Shown here piece after piece: positions 1 through 8,960 of a DNA stretch of 64,000 bases; within the stretch, counting starts at the first letter, position 1; the number at the start of each line of letters is the position of its first letter. The notes beneath the pieces were generated by a model. The model worked only from the letters and a program-made list of their open reading frames with translations. It was not told where the DNA came from and made no database searches. The position numbers were made by a program, and so were the translations under genes. Origin of the DNA: Promethearchaeota archaeon (lineage in GTDB: Archaea > Asgardarchaeota > Lokiarchaeia > Sigyniarchaeales > SOKP01); NCBI GenBank assembly GCA_019058445.1, contig JAHPZA010000009.1, forward strand, positions 589,285-653,284. The letters are read 5' to 3'.

Positions 1-276
1 CCCTATATTTTGCAATATGCCGAGTTAGTAAGACAGCAGAAAACTGAAGAAGAACGCAAGAAAAGCAGAAGAAAGTGGCTCCGGGTATATAACCAAGTCT
101 CACGAGGAATTTTAAACGGAACCTTCAATGTTGAAGGTATAAAACTCTTTTTTAACAAGATTGATACTACCAAACAGGCGCTTTTGGATTCCATTATCGC
201 ACAGAGAAATAAAGATCCTAACAAGGAGCAAATTTTACGAAATATTGAGTTACTTCAGACTAAACGATTAAAATAA
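1..276 (+). CDS. hypothetical protein, C-terminal fragment (frame open from window edge)
   Basis: Frame 1 is open from nt 1 (PYILQYAELV...) to TAA at 274-276. The sequence is Lys/Arg/Glu-rich and helical with no recognisable motif. A T-rich tract follows at 277-310. Confidence 0.4.
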   Translation, partial: PYILQYAELVRQQKTEEERKKSRRKWLRVYNQVSRGILNGTFNVEGIKLFFNKIDTTKQALLDSIIAQRNKDPNKEQILRNIELLQTKRLK

Positions 277-331
277 GGAAGTTTTCCCTTTTTTCTCTTT
301 TTTATAATTTTGTTTCTATATGAGATTATAG

Positions 332-1180
332 CTAAGAAAAATTTATTTCTAATGGCTTATCTTTTATATAGTCATACCCAACCAGTTTAGGAGCAAGTAT
401 CATTTCCTTGACTTTAAGAATTCCCGCATAAATCACGGCAATCGCAAGATAGGAGGCATTTAATCTAATAATAGGAGCGATCGTCCTTCCAGGGACTTGT
501 CCTGAAAGCATTTTGTCTACCATGCCAGGTTCCCTATTATAGGTAGATTTCAGCCCAGGTAGTTGAAATAATCGGGATATGAATTTTAAATTTGACTTTA
601 ATTCCTCCTGATTTAATTGTTGTATCTGCTCCATTCTAAGTTCACTGGTAGTAAACCCATAACAATGTTCATACTCTATTGACTGAGGAGTAAACCACCA
701 GGCAAACAGAAAGGGAATGCCCCACGTTTCAAGCATCGGGATCTTCCTCGAGCGACATTCTCTTGCAATAAGAATGGATGCAATGGGATCATCGAGTGTT
801 AAACATGCAATAGAAACATTATCTAATATTAGTGAAATATTCTGGGGATTTACTTCATAGAATTTATGAATTCTGAGATTAGGATTGATTTTTAGAAGAA
901 ATTCCTCTAGCACATCAACCTTGAATTTTCCAATGTCCTCTAAGGTACAAATTTGCCGGTTTAAATTCGTCCTATCAAACAGATCATTATCACAGATTAT
1001 TATCCGTTCGCAACCCGCTCTTACAAGCTGCTCAGCTAGTGGTCCTCCGAGACCACCTGTCCCCATAACCGCAATCCACGTAGTCCGTAATTTTTCTTGA
1101 TCTGCAATGGACATTAAACCGATATTTCTTCCTATTTGCGCACTATAATGCTCAGGCCAGTGATATTTTGTTATAACCAT
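332..1180 (-). CDS. ThiF/MoeB/E1-like adenylyltransferase (ubiquitin-activating-enzyme-like)
   Basis: GTGGLGGPLAEQLVRAGCERIIICDNDLFDRTNLNRQ is the Rossmann GxGxxG plus D-x-D...NLxRQ adenylation signature of the ThiF/MoeB/E1 family. No paired CxxC zinc motifs are visible. Confidence 0.8.
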   Translation of the reverse strand: MVITKYHWPEHYSAQIGRNIGLMSIADQEKLRTTWIAVMGTGGLGGPLAEQLVRAGCERIIICDNDLFDRTNLNRQICTLEDIGKFKVDVLEEFLLKINPNLRIHKFYEVNPQNISLILDNVSIACLTLDDPIASILIARECRSRKIPMLETWGIPFLFAWWFTPQSIEYEHCYGFTTSELRMEQIQQLNQEELKSNLKFISRLFQLPGLKSTYNREPGMVDKMLSGQVPGRTIAPIIRLNASYLAIAVIYAGILKVKEMILAPKLVGYDYIKDKPLEINFS

Positions 1181-1331
1181 CTATCATCACACATATTATT
1201 CTGGCTTTTATAACTCAATATTTGAGATATTTATAAAGAAAAAATCTCAAAAAGTGAGGTTTTCTTTTTTCTTTCTTATTAGAAGATGAAGTTTATTGAA
1301 TAACCTTTAGAGAAAAAGTCTTAAAAATGTA

Positions 1332-3047
1332 TTATTTTGTATAATTTCCTGATTCAATAACTGTTTCTGGCAAAAATCGGGAAAAATCTTCAAGATTTTC
1401 CATTAAATCATTTATCTCGTCTGGATCCACTGCCCAGAACGATACCGTATCATCACCACAAACTACATTATATTTTAATTCCCATTCCCCAACCTTCGTC
1501 CATTGTGAGGGAATATCATAACCATAGTCTTTATCCTCGTATATAATTGCTATTACACAATCATGTCTTTTTGCTGCTTCATACACAAATTCCTCATCCA
1601 ATTCATCATTTACAATAGCTCTTGCAACATCATCACTTCCAAGCCCTCTTAAATCCAAGCATTCGATATCTGCCAGATAATTTACCGCACCGATATCATT
1701 TAAAGCAATACATTCTCCTTCATAATACTTTTGCAAGAACAATCCCATGTGATATTGTTGCTCGTAGATATTATTTGTTGCTTGAGGGGTCCTTCTTATT
1801 AAGTAGATGCTTCGCGGAACAAACGTATAAAAAAGGAAAAAGAAAATGACACAACTCGTTATTAATTGTATCTTAAAAAGTTTAGAATTATTTTTTACTT
1901 TTAAAGCATAACTTTCTAACTTGGTAATTGATATACCTTGAGGAATATATTCAATTATGTACAGAAATATTGTAATTATTCCTAAGGCAATTAAATATCC
2001 TTCATATCGAGATAAATTTTGATTTTCATACGCAGCACCAATTAAAAGCAAATGAAGACAACTCACAATTACAAACGTTATGGCAAATATTGATTCTAAT
2101 CTCCATATATCTTTTTTAACAAATTTATTTAATGATAAGAAAAAAATAGCCCCAATAATAAGAAATAAAATATTTGGATTTTTAATAAATGCCTTATATT
2201 CTAAAGTTTCCAACACACTCCATATATCTGTATAGGATTGAAGATTTCCTTTTAAAACGACAGGATTAGGGAAAAAATACCAACCATAACTCATAGAGAT
2301 CAATCCAAATATAATAATAGGAAGAAATCCTAACAAGATTACTAACCCAGAGTAGAAAATTTTTCTTCTAACCAAAAATAACAAGGAAATTATAAAGATA
2401 AAGAACATCCCCTCAAAACGAATCATTGTTACTAAGGGGATAATTAAGAAAAAGAATTTATCTTGAATGATAAGTGAGTCTTTTTGTTTTGAAATTATTT
2501 GTCTATATTGAATATTTTCATCAATAAGGATAATAGAAGCTAAATAGACAAACATTAAGTTAATGAGAATTTGTATAATATGTTCCATACCTGTAAATAT
2601 CAAAAAGGGAATAGGTATGAAAAAAATTAATAAAATTAATGCCAGTAGAATAGCATATGAAGGAAGCCCATTTTTTTTTAATATAAAATGAATGAAAATG
2701 ATTAGAAGATTAGCAAAGATTAAGTTAATTATAAGAGGAACAATCTCATTAGGACCAAATAAGAAAATGAGGGATAAAAGCAATGAATAAAGAATTGAAG
2801 AAGATGATGAAGAAAATTCATATCGAGTTACCCCCCATACCCCTTTCTGTGAAAAATTTTTTGCTATTGCCATGTGAATATAGGCATCGTCTAACGCATA
2901 AACAATTTTTCCATCATTAAGATTGAGTGAAATAATTAGCATTATGATGAAAGTTATCCAAAATACAATTAATCCCGCCAATAATTCCCTATTTTCTCTG
3001 ATCCATTCAATTAATGCTTTTTTGTTTTTTATCCGTGATGTAATCAT
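1332..3047 (-). CDS. polytopic membrane protein, putative GT-C-fold glycosyltransferase
   Basis: 571 aa. The first ~400 aa contain many hydrophobic helices. The first extracytoplasmic loop carries LDDAYIHMAIAKNF, resembling the acidic DD-x loop of GT-C glycosyltransferases. The C-terminal ~150 aa form a soluble acidic domain. Confidence 0.45.
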   Translation of the reverse strand: MITSRIKNKKALIEWIRENRELLAGLIVFWITFIIMLIISLNLNDGKIVYALDDAYIHMAIAKNFSQKGVWGVTRYEFSSSSSSILYSLLLSLIFLFGPNEIVPLIINLIFANLLIIFIHFILKKNGLPSYAILLALILLIFFIPIPFLIFTGMEHIIQILINLMFVYLASIILIDENIQYRQIISKQKDSLIIQDKFFFLIIPLVTMIRFEGMFFIFIISLLFLVRRKIFYSGLVILLGFLPIIIFGLISMSYGWYFFPNPVVLKGNLQSYTDIWSVLETLEYKAFIKNPNILFLIIGAIFFLSLNKFVKKDIWRLESIFAITFVIVSCLHLLLIGAAYENQNLSRYEGYLIALGIITIFLYIIEYIPQGISITKLESYALKVKNNSKLFKIQLITSCVIFFFLFYTFVPRSIYLIRRTPQATNNIYEQQYHMGLFLQKYYEGECIALNDIGAVNYLADIECLDLRGLGSDDVARAIVNDELDEEFVYEAAKRHDCVIAIIYEDKDYGYDIPSQWTKVGEWELKYNVVCGDDTVSFWAVDPDEINDLMENLEDFSRFLPETVIESGNYTK

Positions 3048-3196
3048 TTCATTGTATATTGTATTTCTTGTTAATAAAAAGGTTGTTCATTATTCAATAA
3101 AAACTTTAGAGTTTTCAGTAATTAATTTCCTATTAATTTATATATTTAATCGTTTTAATAATTATTATAAAAAATCTCGACAAATTCGTAATTGTA

Positions 3197-3613
3197 GTGC
3201 GAATAGAAATGAAAGAAGTGAGAATTTTAACATTAGATAATCGAGGACGAATCGTAATTCCAAAACTTATTCGAAAGAGCTTAGGAATCACTAGCAGATC
3301 TCAGTTAATGATGGTTGCAGATAGCGAAACAAAGGAAATTAAGATTGTTCCCATGGGCCTAGGAAGTGAGAGCGTTAAATATAAAATATTAATGAAAGAT
3401 CAAGTAGGGGCATTAGCTAAGATCCTTTCAGTCTTTGGAACTCGTGGGATTTCACTCGTGTATGAAGAAACAATTGTTGTCGCGAAAGATGAAACAGCAA
3501 TTTGCACACTTATAGGACCTTCACCTTCACCAGAGATAGATTTAGAAATATTTAAACAAATTTTAAAGGATGAAGGAGAAGCACTGGAAGTTGAGATAAT
3601 TCCATTGGAATAA
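3197..3613 (+). CDS. AbrB/SpoVT-type DNA-binding domain fused to an ACT domain (putative ligand-responsive regulator)
   Basis: LDNRGRIVIPKLIRKSLGI matches the SpoVT/AbrB swapped-hairpin motif. KILMKDQVGALAKILSVFGTRGISL is ACT-like (beta-alpha-beta, with a G in the ligand loop). Confidence 0.7.
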   Translation: MRIEMKEVRILTLDNRGRIVIPKLIRKSLGITSRSQLMMVADSETKEIKIVPMGLGSESVKYKILMKDQVGALAKILSVFGTRGISLVYEETIVVAKDETAICTLIGPSPSPEIDLEIFKQILKDEGEALEVEIIPLE

Positions 3614-3738
3614 TACAATAGGAATTCTAATTAAGTCAGAAATCTTAGTAAAATAATCTTTAAATTAATTTGTAATATCCAATTTAAACAGATTTATAAA
3701 ATAAATTTATAAACCAATTGTACTATTAGAAATATAAG

Positions 3739-3746
3739 TTTATAAT
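3739..3746 (+). promoter_or_regulatory. candidate archaeal TATA box for the coiled-coil/actin gene run
   Basis: TTTATAAT lies about 20 nt upstream of ATG 3766 (the first ATG in ORF 3757..4539). That spacing would give a leaderless or very short-leader transcript. AT-rich background makes chance matches likely. Confidence 0.3.
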
Positions 3747-3756
3747 AAAAAAAAGC

Positions 3757-4539
3757 TTGGTTCTAATGGCTAAAAAGAAAAGGAAGACAGCCGGTGATTC
3801 TTTAGCTTCAGCCTTAAAAAAAAAGAAAAGCAAAAAGAGATCTAAAAAAACATCGGAGTCCGACATAGAACCTCCAAAGCAAACTCAGGAAGCTCTTCAA
3901 TCGTTACTTCAGGGAGTTTCAGAAGGCAAAGGTTTTTATCGACGTGAAATAAAAAAGGAGGAGATGATTGAGCCTCAATTATCATATGAATCAAAAAATA
4001 AGATTGCTGAAGATTATTTAATGGAAGAGGTTCCAATCTCAGAGAGGGCTTCAAAAGGTAAAGAAAGAACTCCGCTGGTTGAGGATCAAAAACCTCATAT
4101 AGAGGAGATCCAAGAGGAAAAAGCCGCTCCTCCTCCACTAAAAAAAGCTGTTTCAAAGCCTACTGAAGAAAGTATTTATGAGAAGTTAGGTAATTTTTTT
4201 ACTGAATATCTGAATGGATACAATGAACGTTATACTCAATGGGAAAATAGTGTAAGTAATATCTTATCTATACTGAGAAAGATGCGAAAATTTACGAAAA
4301 AAAATACTGAAGATCTGATAGATTCAATTAATAATCAAGTAAAGAAAATAGAACTCAATTTACAAGAATTTAAGATAAAAAGGGATGAGATTGAGAAAAT
4401 TGCAGGAGTGGATATTTTAACAATGTCCGGTGAATTCAAAAAAGTCTTAGGTATGCTTGAGTTACAAGTGAAGGAATATCAATTAAAACGACTAACGGAT
4501 GAATATATTCATCAACAAGCATTGTTCTCCCAGCTTTAG
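3757..4539 (+). CDS. Lys/Glu-rich hypothetical protein with C-terminal coiled-coil (likely start ATG 3766)
   Basis: The N-terminus is poly-basic (MAKKKRKTAGD...KKKKSKKRSKK). The middle is acidic with a Pro patch. The C-terminal ~110 aa are heptad-like (KKIELNLQEFKIKRDEIEKIAG...). The gene ends 50 nt upstream of the actin-family gene on the same strand. Confidence 0.5.
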   Translation: MVLMAKKKRKTAGDSLASALKKKKSKKRSKKTSESDIEPPKQTQEALQSLLQGVSEGKGFYRREIKKEEMIEPQLSYESKNKIAEDYLMEEVPISERASKGKERTPLVEDQKPHIEEIQEEKAAPPPLKKAVSKPTEESIYEKLGNFFTEYLNGYNERYTQWENSVSNILSILRKMRKFTKKNTEDLIDSINNQVKKIELNLQEFKIKRDEIEKIAGVDILTMSGEFKKVLGMLELQVKEYQLKRLTDEYIHQQALFSQL

Positions 4540-4589
4540 GAATCTAACTAAATTTTTGATTACTCTTTAAAAGGATTTTTAAGATTATC

Positions 4590-5735
4590 ATGAGCAATGA
4601 AGAAAGACAATTAAGACCATTAATTTTAGATATAGGAAGCGATAGGTTCAAATTAGGGTGGGCCGGTGATGATTCTCCGAGTATTATTGCACCATCAGTT
4701 TATGTAAATGTAAAAGATTATATCTTTGATTCAAATGTTATAGATGGGCTTGAAGAATTATTTTATGATGAGAAATCTGACACGCAATTATATGGAGAAA
4801 TGGCTTTAAAATATCAGAATATATTGAACATCCATGAATTTAAAAAAGAAAACAATTTTTCTGTTCTCTTAAAATATTTTCAGTATTATTATGAGCAATT
4901 AAACATCGCTCCTGATTATAAGAATAAACAGCCTATAATAATTATAGCTCCATTTTTCATGACTGAATTAGAAAAATCCAAAATTCAGCAGGTTTTCTTT
5001 AATGAATTAAATTTTCCTTATCTTTTATTTCTGTCAGAAAGCCAAGCTATATTACAAACCCTTCAAAAAACAACGGGAGTCGTTGTGAATATGGGTGAAT
5101 CTCACACGTATATTTCTTCAATCTATCATGGATTCACGAATATCATGGCCAGAGACATATTTCCTGTCGCAGGGAAAGATTTAACTAATCACCTAATAAA
5201 TTTAATAATAACCAAAAAAGGATCTAGCATAAACCTTTATCTCGAAAAATGGCTTGCAAAAGAAATCAAGGAGAAAACAGCACTATGTGTTTTAAAACCA
5301 GAAGAAGAAATCGCGAGTATTAGACAAGGATTTACAAATTATGATCAAGTAATTAATTTTCCAGATGGGTCAAATCTAGGAATAAATTTGGAAAGATTCA
5401 TGCTTACTGAACCTTTTTTTGACCCAAAATTAATACGTATAGATTATATGAGTTTACCAGAAGCGATATCAAAGGTCATTCAGTCATGGGATCGGGAAAA
5501 TTGGGAAGAATTAATACCAAATATCATACTTTCCGGTGCAGGAAGTTTAATACCGGGATTAAAAGAAAGATTAAAAATGGAAATAATGAAATATTTTTCA
5601 GAGAAGATTAGTCAAAAAGTGGGAATCATTGCAGCAACTGGAAGAGAGAATATGAGCTGGTTAGGAGCATCTATTTTACATTCAAAAAACGAATTGCAAG
5701 AAGGTTGGATGTCAAATCCAGAATATAAAGAGTAA
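4590..5735 (+). CDS. actin-family protein (divergent actin-related protein, Asgard-type)
   Basis: Collinear matches to eukaryotic actin:
- LILDIGSDRFKLGWAGDDSPSIIAPS vs [26 protein letters not shown]
- VVVNMGESHTYISSIYHGF vs IVMDSGDGVTHTVPIYEGY
- VAGKDLTNHL vs LAGRDLTDYL
- FPDGSNLGINLERF vs LPDGQVITIGNERF
- ILSGAGSLIPGL vs VLSGGTTMYPGI
- SWLGASIL vs VWIGGSIL
- WMSNPEYKE vs WISKQEYDE. Confidence 0.88.
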   Translation: MSNEERQLRPLILDIGSDRFKLGWAGDDSPSIIAPSVYVNVKDYIFDSNVIDGLEELFYDEKSDTQLYGEMALKYQNILNIHEFKKENNFSVLLKYFQYYYEQLNIAPDYKNKQPIIIIAPFFMTELEKSKIQQVFFNELNFPYLLFLSESQAILQTLQKTTGVVVNMGESHTYISSIYHGFTNIMARDIFPVAGKDLTNHLINLIITKKGSSINLYLEKWLAKEIKEKTALCVLKPEEEIASIRQGFTNYDQVINFPDGSNLGINLERFMLTEPFFDPKLIRIDYMSLPEAISKVIQSWDRENWEELIPNIILSGAGSLIPGLKERLKMEIMKYFSEKISQKVGIIAATGRENMSWLGASILHSKNELQEGWMSNPEYKE

Positions 5736-5764
5736 TAAATACAAAAAGAGGAAAAGAAGAGTAT

Positions 5765-8260
5765 ATGAGTGTCAGTTCTGAGATAAAAGATCAATTTTTA
5801 AAAGATTTTCAAAACCGAATTCTACAGGGGAGAAAGTTATTACAAAGTTCCAATCACAGATGGGGTGATAAACTATTTACAGATTTATTTTTTGAAATAG
5901 AAAAAATAGACTGGTTGACAAGTCAGAAAAAGCGACAACTCACAATGATTATTTCCAATTCGTGGTGGATTTATTTGAATTCATTAACCAGTCGGAAGGA
6001 AGAAAAAGTGGATATCATTAGATATGTTGACGCTTATAACCGATTCTTCTCATTTTTATCAAAATTGGATGAATTCGATTTATTTACTAATTTTTGGTCC
6101 ACCCTTTTAAAAAGAATCATTCAATCAAGTGATTATTCTATTAATGGAATTACTAAATTCATCAACTCTTTTTGTGAGAAAGTAAAAAAGAGAGAAGATA
6201 AGATATCATTAGTAGAATTGCAATTATTATTAATATATTTAAGAAAATCAGTATTACCATCAGACTTATTCCGTCTAAGTTTAAAAACCCTGGGGGAAAT
6301 TCTTTATAAACTTGAACCCAATAAAAAGAGTATTTTTTTATATATTGTTATTGAGAGTATTAAACTTGATTTCTTAGAAGAAACAAAGGATTTCATAAGT
6401 GAAATTAATAAAATATTAGTAGGGCGCCTACCTAATTATTTAAAAGAAGATTTTAGTAATCTAAGAAAAGTTAACATTAATGAAAGAAATTTTGATGTAA
6501 TATTAATCGATTTAGAAGATTTAATCTATTATTTGAATAATATTGGGGAGCATTCGTGGATCATTATTATTATAAAGAATATATTTTCTAAAATCAGAGA
6601 ATATAAATCCTTAAATGATGCATTAGTTTTTATAAAAAAATATATAGATTTTTCAGTGAGGCGAAATCAGTTTGAAATTGCTTATGCGATTTATGATTTC
6701 CTGGAAGATATATTTTTATACCAAACAGATTTAGGATACGATAAAAATTTAATAGAACTTTGGGTTAATGCTTGTAAGAAATTTGTAGATATGAAAGAAA
6801 AAAAGTACTTATATCATTCTCTGGAAAAACTAAGTAATCATCTTAAAACTCCTACTACGCCTGAAGAAATTTATCATTATTTCTATACATATGATTATCT
6901 TTGGCAGTTTAAAAGTAAATTTTTCGTGTTAGAATCAGGAGATTTTTGGAAGATGATGTTTTATCGCACTTTTTTCGAAGAAAAAGATTTGGATCTCGCA
7001 AATAAAATAATTAGATTTTTGCCAGAAGAAATAAAAGCTAATCTGATGGATTTAAACTCACTATATAGTCTAACAGAATCGTTAAGAACTCAAATCTATT
7101 CTGTAAAAGATGATTATAAGGAATCTATGATTGGTGAATTCGATTTTTCATTAAACCAAATGATTTTACGTATTAACTCTGAAGGTGCTATTTCTTTTCG
7201 AATATTATTTGAAAATAATAACCTGATGGAAGGAAAAATCACAGATGAGTATTGGAATGATTTGCACATTATGGAAATATATAGCGATCTCTTTTCTGGA
7301 AATCAAGAAAAAATTTTTAACTTTAATTTAATCGAGTTTGGGAAATTACTTTTTAATTTTCTCCCTAAAATGATAAGGGCATTTTTCAAAAGAATTCAAT
7401 CAAAGGAAACAGAATATATGCCTCAGATTTACTTTATTTTGGATAATATGACAGTGCCATTTGATTTAATTTATGATAACAATTTTTTTATGTTAAAATA
7501 TTCGAGTGGCTATAAAATCGGAGAACCCCCACTGGGAGGTGTTCTCACTGAACAGGAACTATCTAGTGAAGATTCTGTACAAAAACTAAGTAATTATAAG
7601 ATTTTATTAATTGAAGCAATTAATTCAAAAGATCCACTACAATGGAATGAGGAATTACAAAAGAAAATGTTAATTTTTCCATTTGTCTATGGCATGGAAG
7701 AATTAAATTATATAACTCATTTTTTTAATACCCAACCTAAAGTAAGTGAGATGATTATTTTAAGCGATGTTGAATCAACTCGAGAGAAAATTTTAACACA
7801 TCTATCTCAAGGTGCATATCATATTATTCATTTTGTTGGGAACATATTTTATTCGAAATTAAGTCCAAAAGATAGTTATATTCTTACAAATGATAAACAT
7901 TTAATTACCTTCAATGAAATTAAAAGAGCTATAGATATTAATCAGAATCAAAATAACATTCAACCAATCTTGTTTTTTAACGCCCAGATTTTTGATGTAA
8001 ATGGTAGGAGATTAAAGAATGTGTTAAGAACTTTTGGTGAAATGGTCAGTCAATTCAATTACGATAGAATTACGGGAATAGCTTCCCGAATTTATCCAAT
8101 TTTTAACGAAGATTCAAGAGAAATCATATCAAATTTTTATATTAACTTATTTTCTCATAAAGGTCAAGGAGAGGCACTCCTGAATGCAAGAAAACAATGT
8201 AAAAGTGGATTGGCTATTAGTTCTTTTATTTTATTTGGTCAGCCTTGGAAAACATTATAA
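5765..8260 (+). CDS. large helical-repeat protein with C-terminal CHAT-like (caspase/separase-clan) domain, catalytic residues degenerate
   Basis: 831 aa. The first ~600 aa are helical and repeat-like. The C-terminus follows the CHAT pattern: STREKILTHLSQGAYHIIHFVGN (His block), ILFFNAQIF (where CHAT has LvvLSaCxt), IASRIYPIFNEDSREIISNFYINLF...GEALLNARKQ, and a terminal FILFGQPW. Confidence 0.6.
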   Translation: MSVSSEIKDQFLKDFQNRILQGRKLLQSSNHRWGDKLFTDLFFEIEKIDWLTSQKKRQLTMIISNSWWIYLNSLTSRKEEKVDIIRYVDAYNRFFSFLSKLDEFDLFTNFWSTLLKRIIQSSDYSINGITKFINSFCEKVKKREDKISLVELQLLLIYLRKSVLPSDLFRLSLKTLGEILYKLEPNKKSIFLYIVIESIKLDFLEETKDFISEINKILVGRLPNYLKEDFSNLRKVNINERNFDVILIDLEDLIYYLNNIGEHSWIIIIIKNIFSKIREYKSLNDALVFIKKYIDFSVRRNQFEIAYAIYDFLEDIFLYQTDLGYDKNLIELWVNACKKFVDMKEKKYLYHSLEKLSNHLKTPTTPEEIYHYFYTYDYLWQFKSKFFVLESGDFWKMMFYRTFFEEKDLDLANKIIRFLPEEIKANLMDLNSLYSLTESLRTQIYSVKDDYKESMIGEFDFSLNQMILRINSEGAISFRILFENNNLMEGKITDEYWNDLHIMEIYSDLFSGNQEKIFNFNLIEFGKLLFNFLPKMIRAFFKRIQSKETEYMPQIYFILDNMTVPFDLIYDNNFFMLKYSSGYKIGEPPLGGVLTEQELSSEDSVQKLSNYKILLIEAINSKDPLQWNEELQKKMLIFPFVYGMEELNYITHFFNTQPKVSEMIILSDVESTREKILTHLSQGAYHIIHFVGNIFYSKLSPKDSYILTNDKHLITFNEIKRAIDINQNQNNIQPILFFNAQIFDVNGRRLKNVLRTFGEMVSQFNYDRITGIASRIYPIFNEDSREIISNFYINLFSHKGQGEALLNARKQCKSGLAISSFILFGQPWKTL

Positions 8261-8356
8261 CTTCTATATCACCTTTATTAAGAAAACTTAAAAAAATAAG
8301 AAAAACTTAAACATAAAATAGAAATAAAAAAGAGTTGATGTAATATCTCCGATCGC

Positions 8357-8878
8357 TTGAATGAATTAAGAATGGAAAATAGACGCTTAAAAAGCCAGAT
8401 TGAAGAATTTGAGCAAAAACTCTTAGCTTTAGTAGGTAATATTGAATTAGAATCTTCAGGAGAAGGTGACAATAAAGAATATCTGAACAACACGATAATT
8501 GAATTTATAAATGCAACTGCAGACCAACTAAATATTGTTACCCCTAAAATAGATAAGTTCTATACGGATGAATTGAAAAGAATCGCTCAAAAAGGTTTAC
8601 CAGTACTAATAATAACAACAGATAGACGCTTATTGTCTAAACCTTATCAAAAAATCTATGATGAGCTCACAAATACTCCAGGTATCAGTGTAATCAATAA
8701 TCCAAATGTAAAATATTTACTAGTTTTTAATACAGACAGAGCACTATATTCTGGAGGGGCTTTAGACAGAGAAGAACTATCGGCTTCTGTATTGATCGTT
8801 ACAATTATAAATGAGAAGCAAAAACTAAGAAAAATAGCAGAAATTTTCAGCGCAATGCTTCCCTCTTTTATGAGATGA
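8357..8878 (+). CDS. hypothetical protein with N-terminal coiled-coil (TTG 8357 or ATG 8372 start)
   Basis: The heptad-like segment NELRMENRRLKSQIEEFEQKLLAL is followed by a ~120-aa alpha/beta-looking domain with no confidently recognised motif. Confidence 0.45.
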   Translation: MNELRMENRRLKSQIEEFEQKLLALVGNIELESSGEGDNKEYLNNTIIEFINATADQLNIVTPKIDKFYTDELKRIAQKGLPVLIITTDRRLLSKPYQKIYDELTNTPGISVINNPNVKYLLVFNTDRALYSGGALDREELSASVLIVTIINEKQKLRKIAEIFSAMLPSFMR

Positions 8879-8960
8879 AACAATCTACTTTTTAACAAAT
8901 TATATTATTAACGTCATATTGCTAAAATTTTTTTTAGTTTAAAGTAAGTTTTAATTAATA

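Noticed and set aside
2923-3240. 105-aa plus-strand ORF spanning the start of the GT-C-like gene and the intergenic region.
   Set aside because: It has an extremely AT-rich, Ile/Asn/Phe-rich low-complexity translation. It overlaps the 5' end of a better-supported minus-strand gene and runs into the AbrB-ACT gene start. It is likely spurious.
5733-5738. Hypothesis that TAA is reassigned to a sense codon in this organism, prompted by in-frame TAA codons in gyrB, the GNAT and upstream of ecfT.
   Set aside because: TAA terminates many well-conserved genes at their expected C-termini. Examples are the actin homologue (TAA TAA at 5733-5738), gatB (26309-26311), the MglA-like GTPase (11899-11901) and the AbrB-ACT gene (3611-3613). 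Global reassignment is therefore not supported. Local readthrough, splicing or mutation remain the alternatives.
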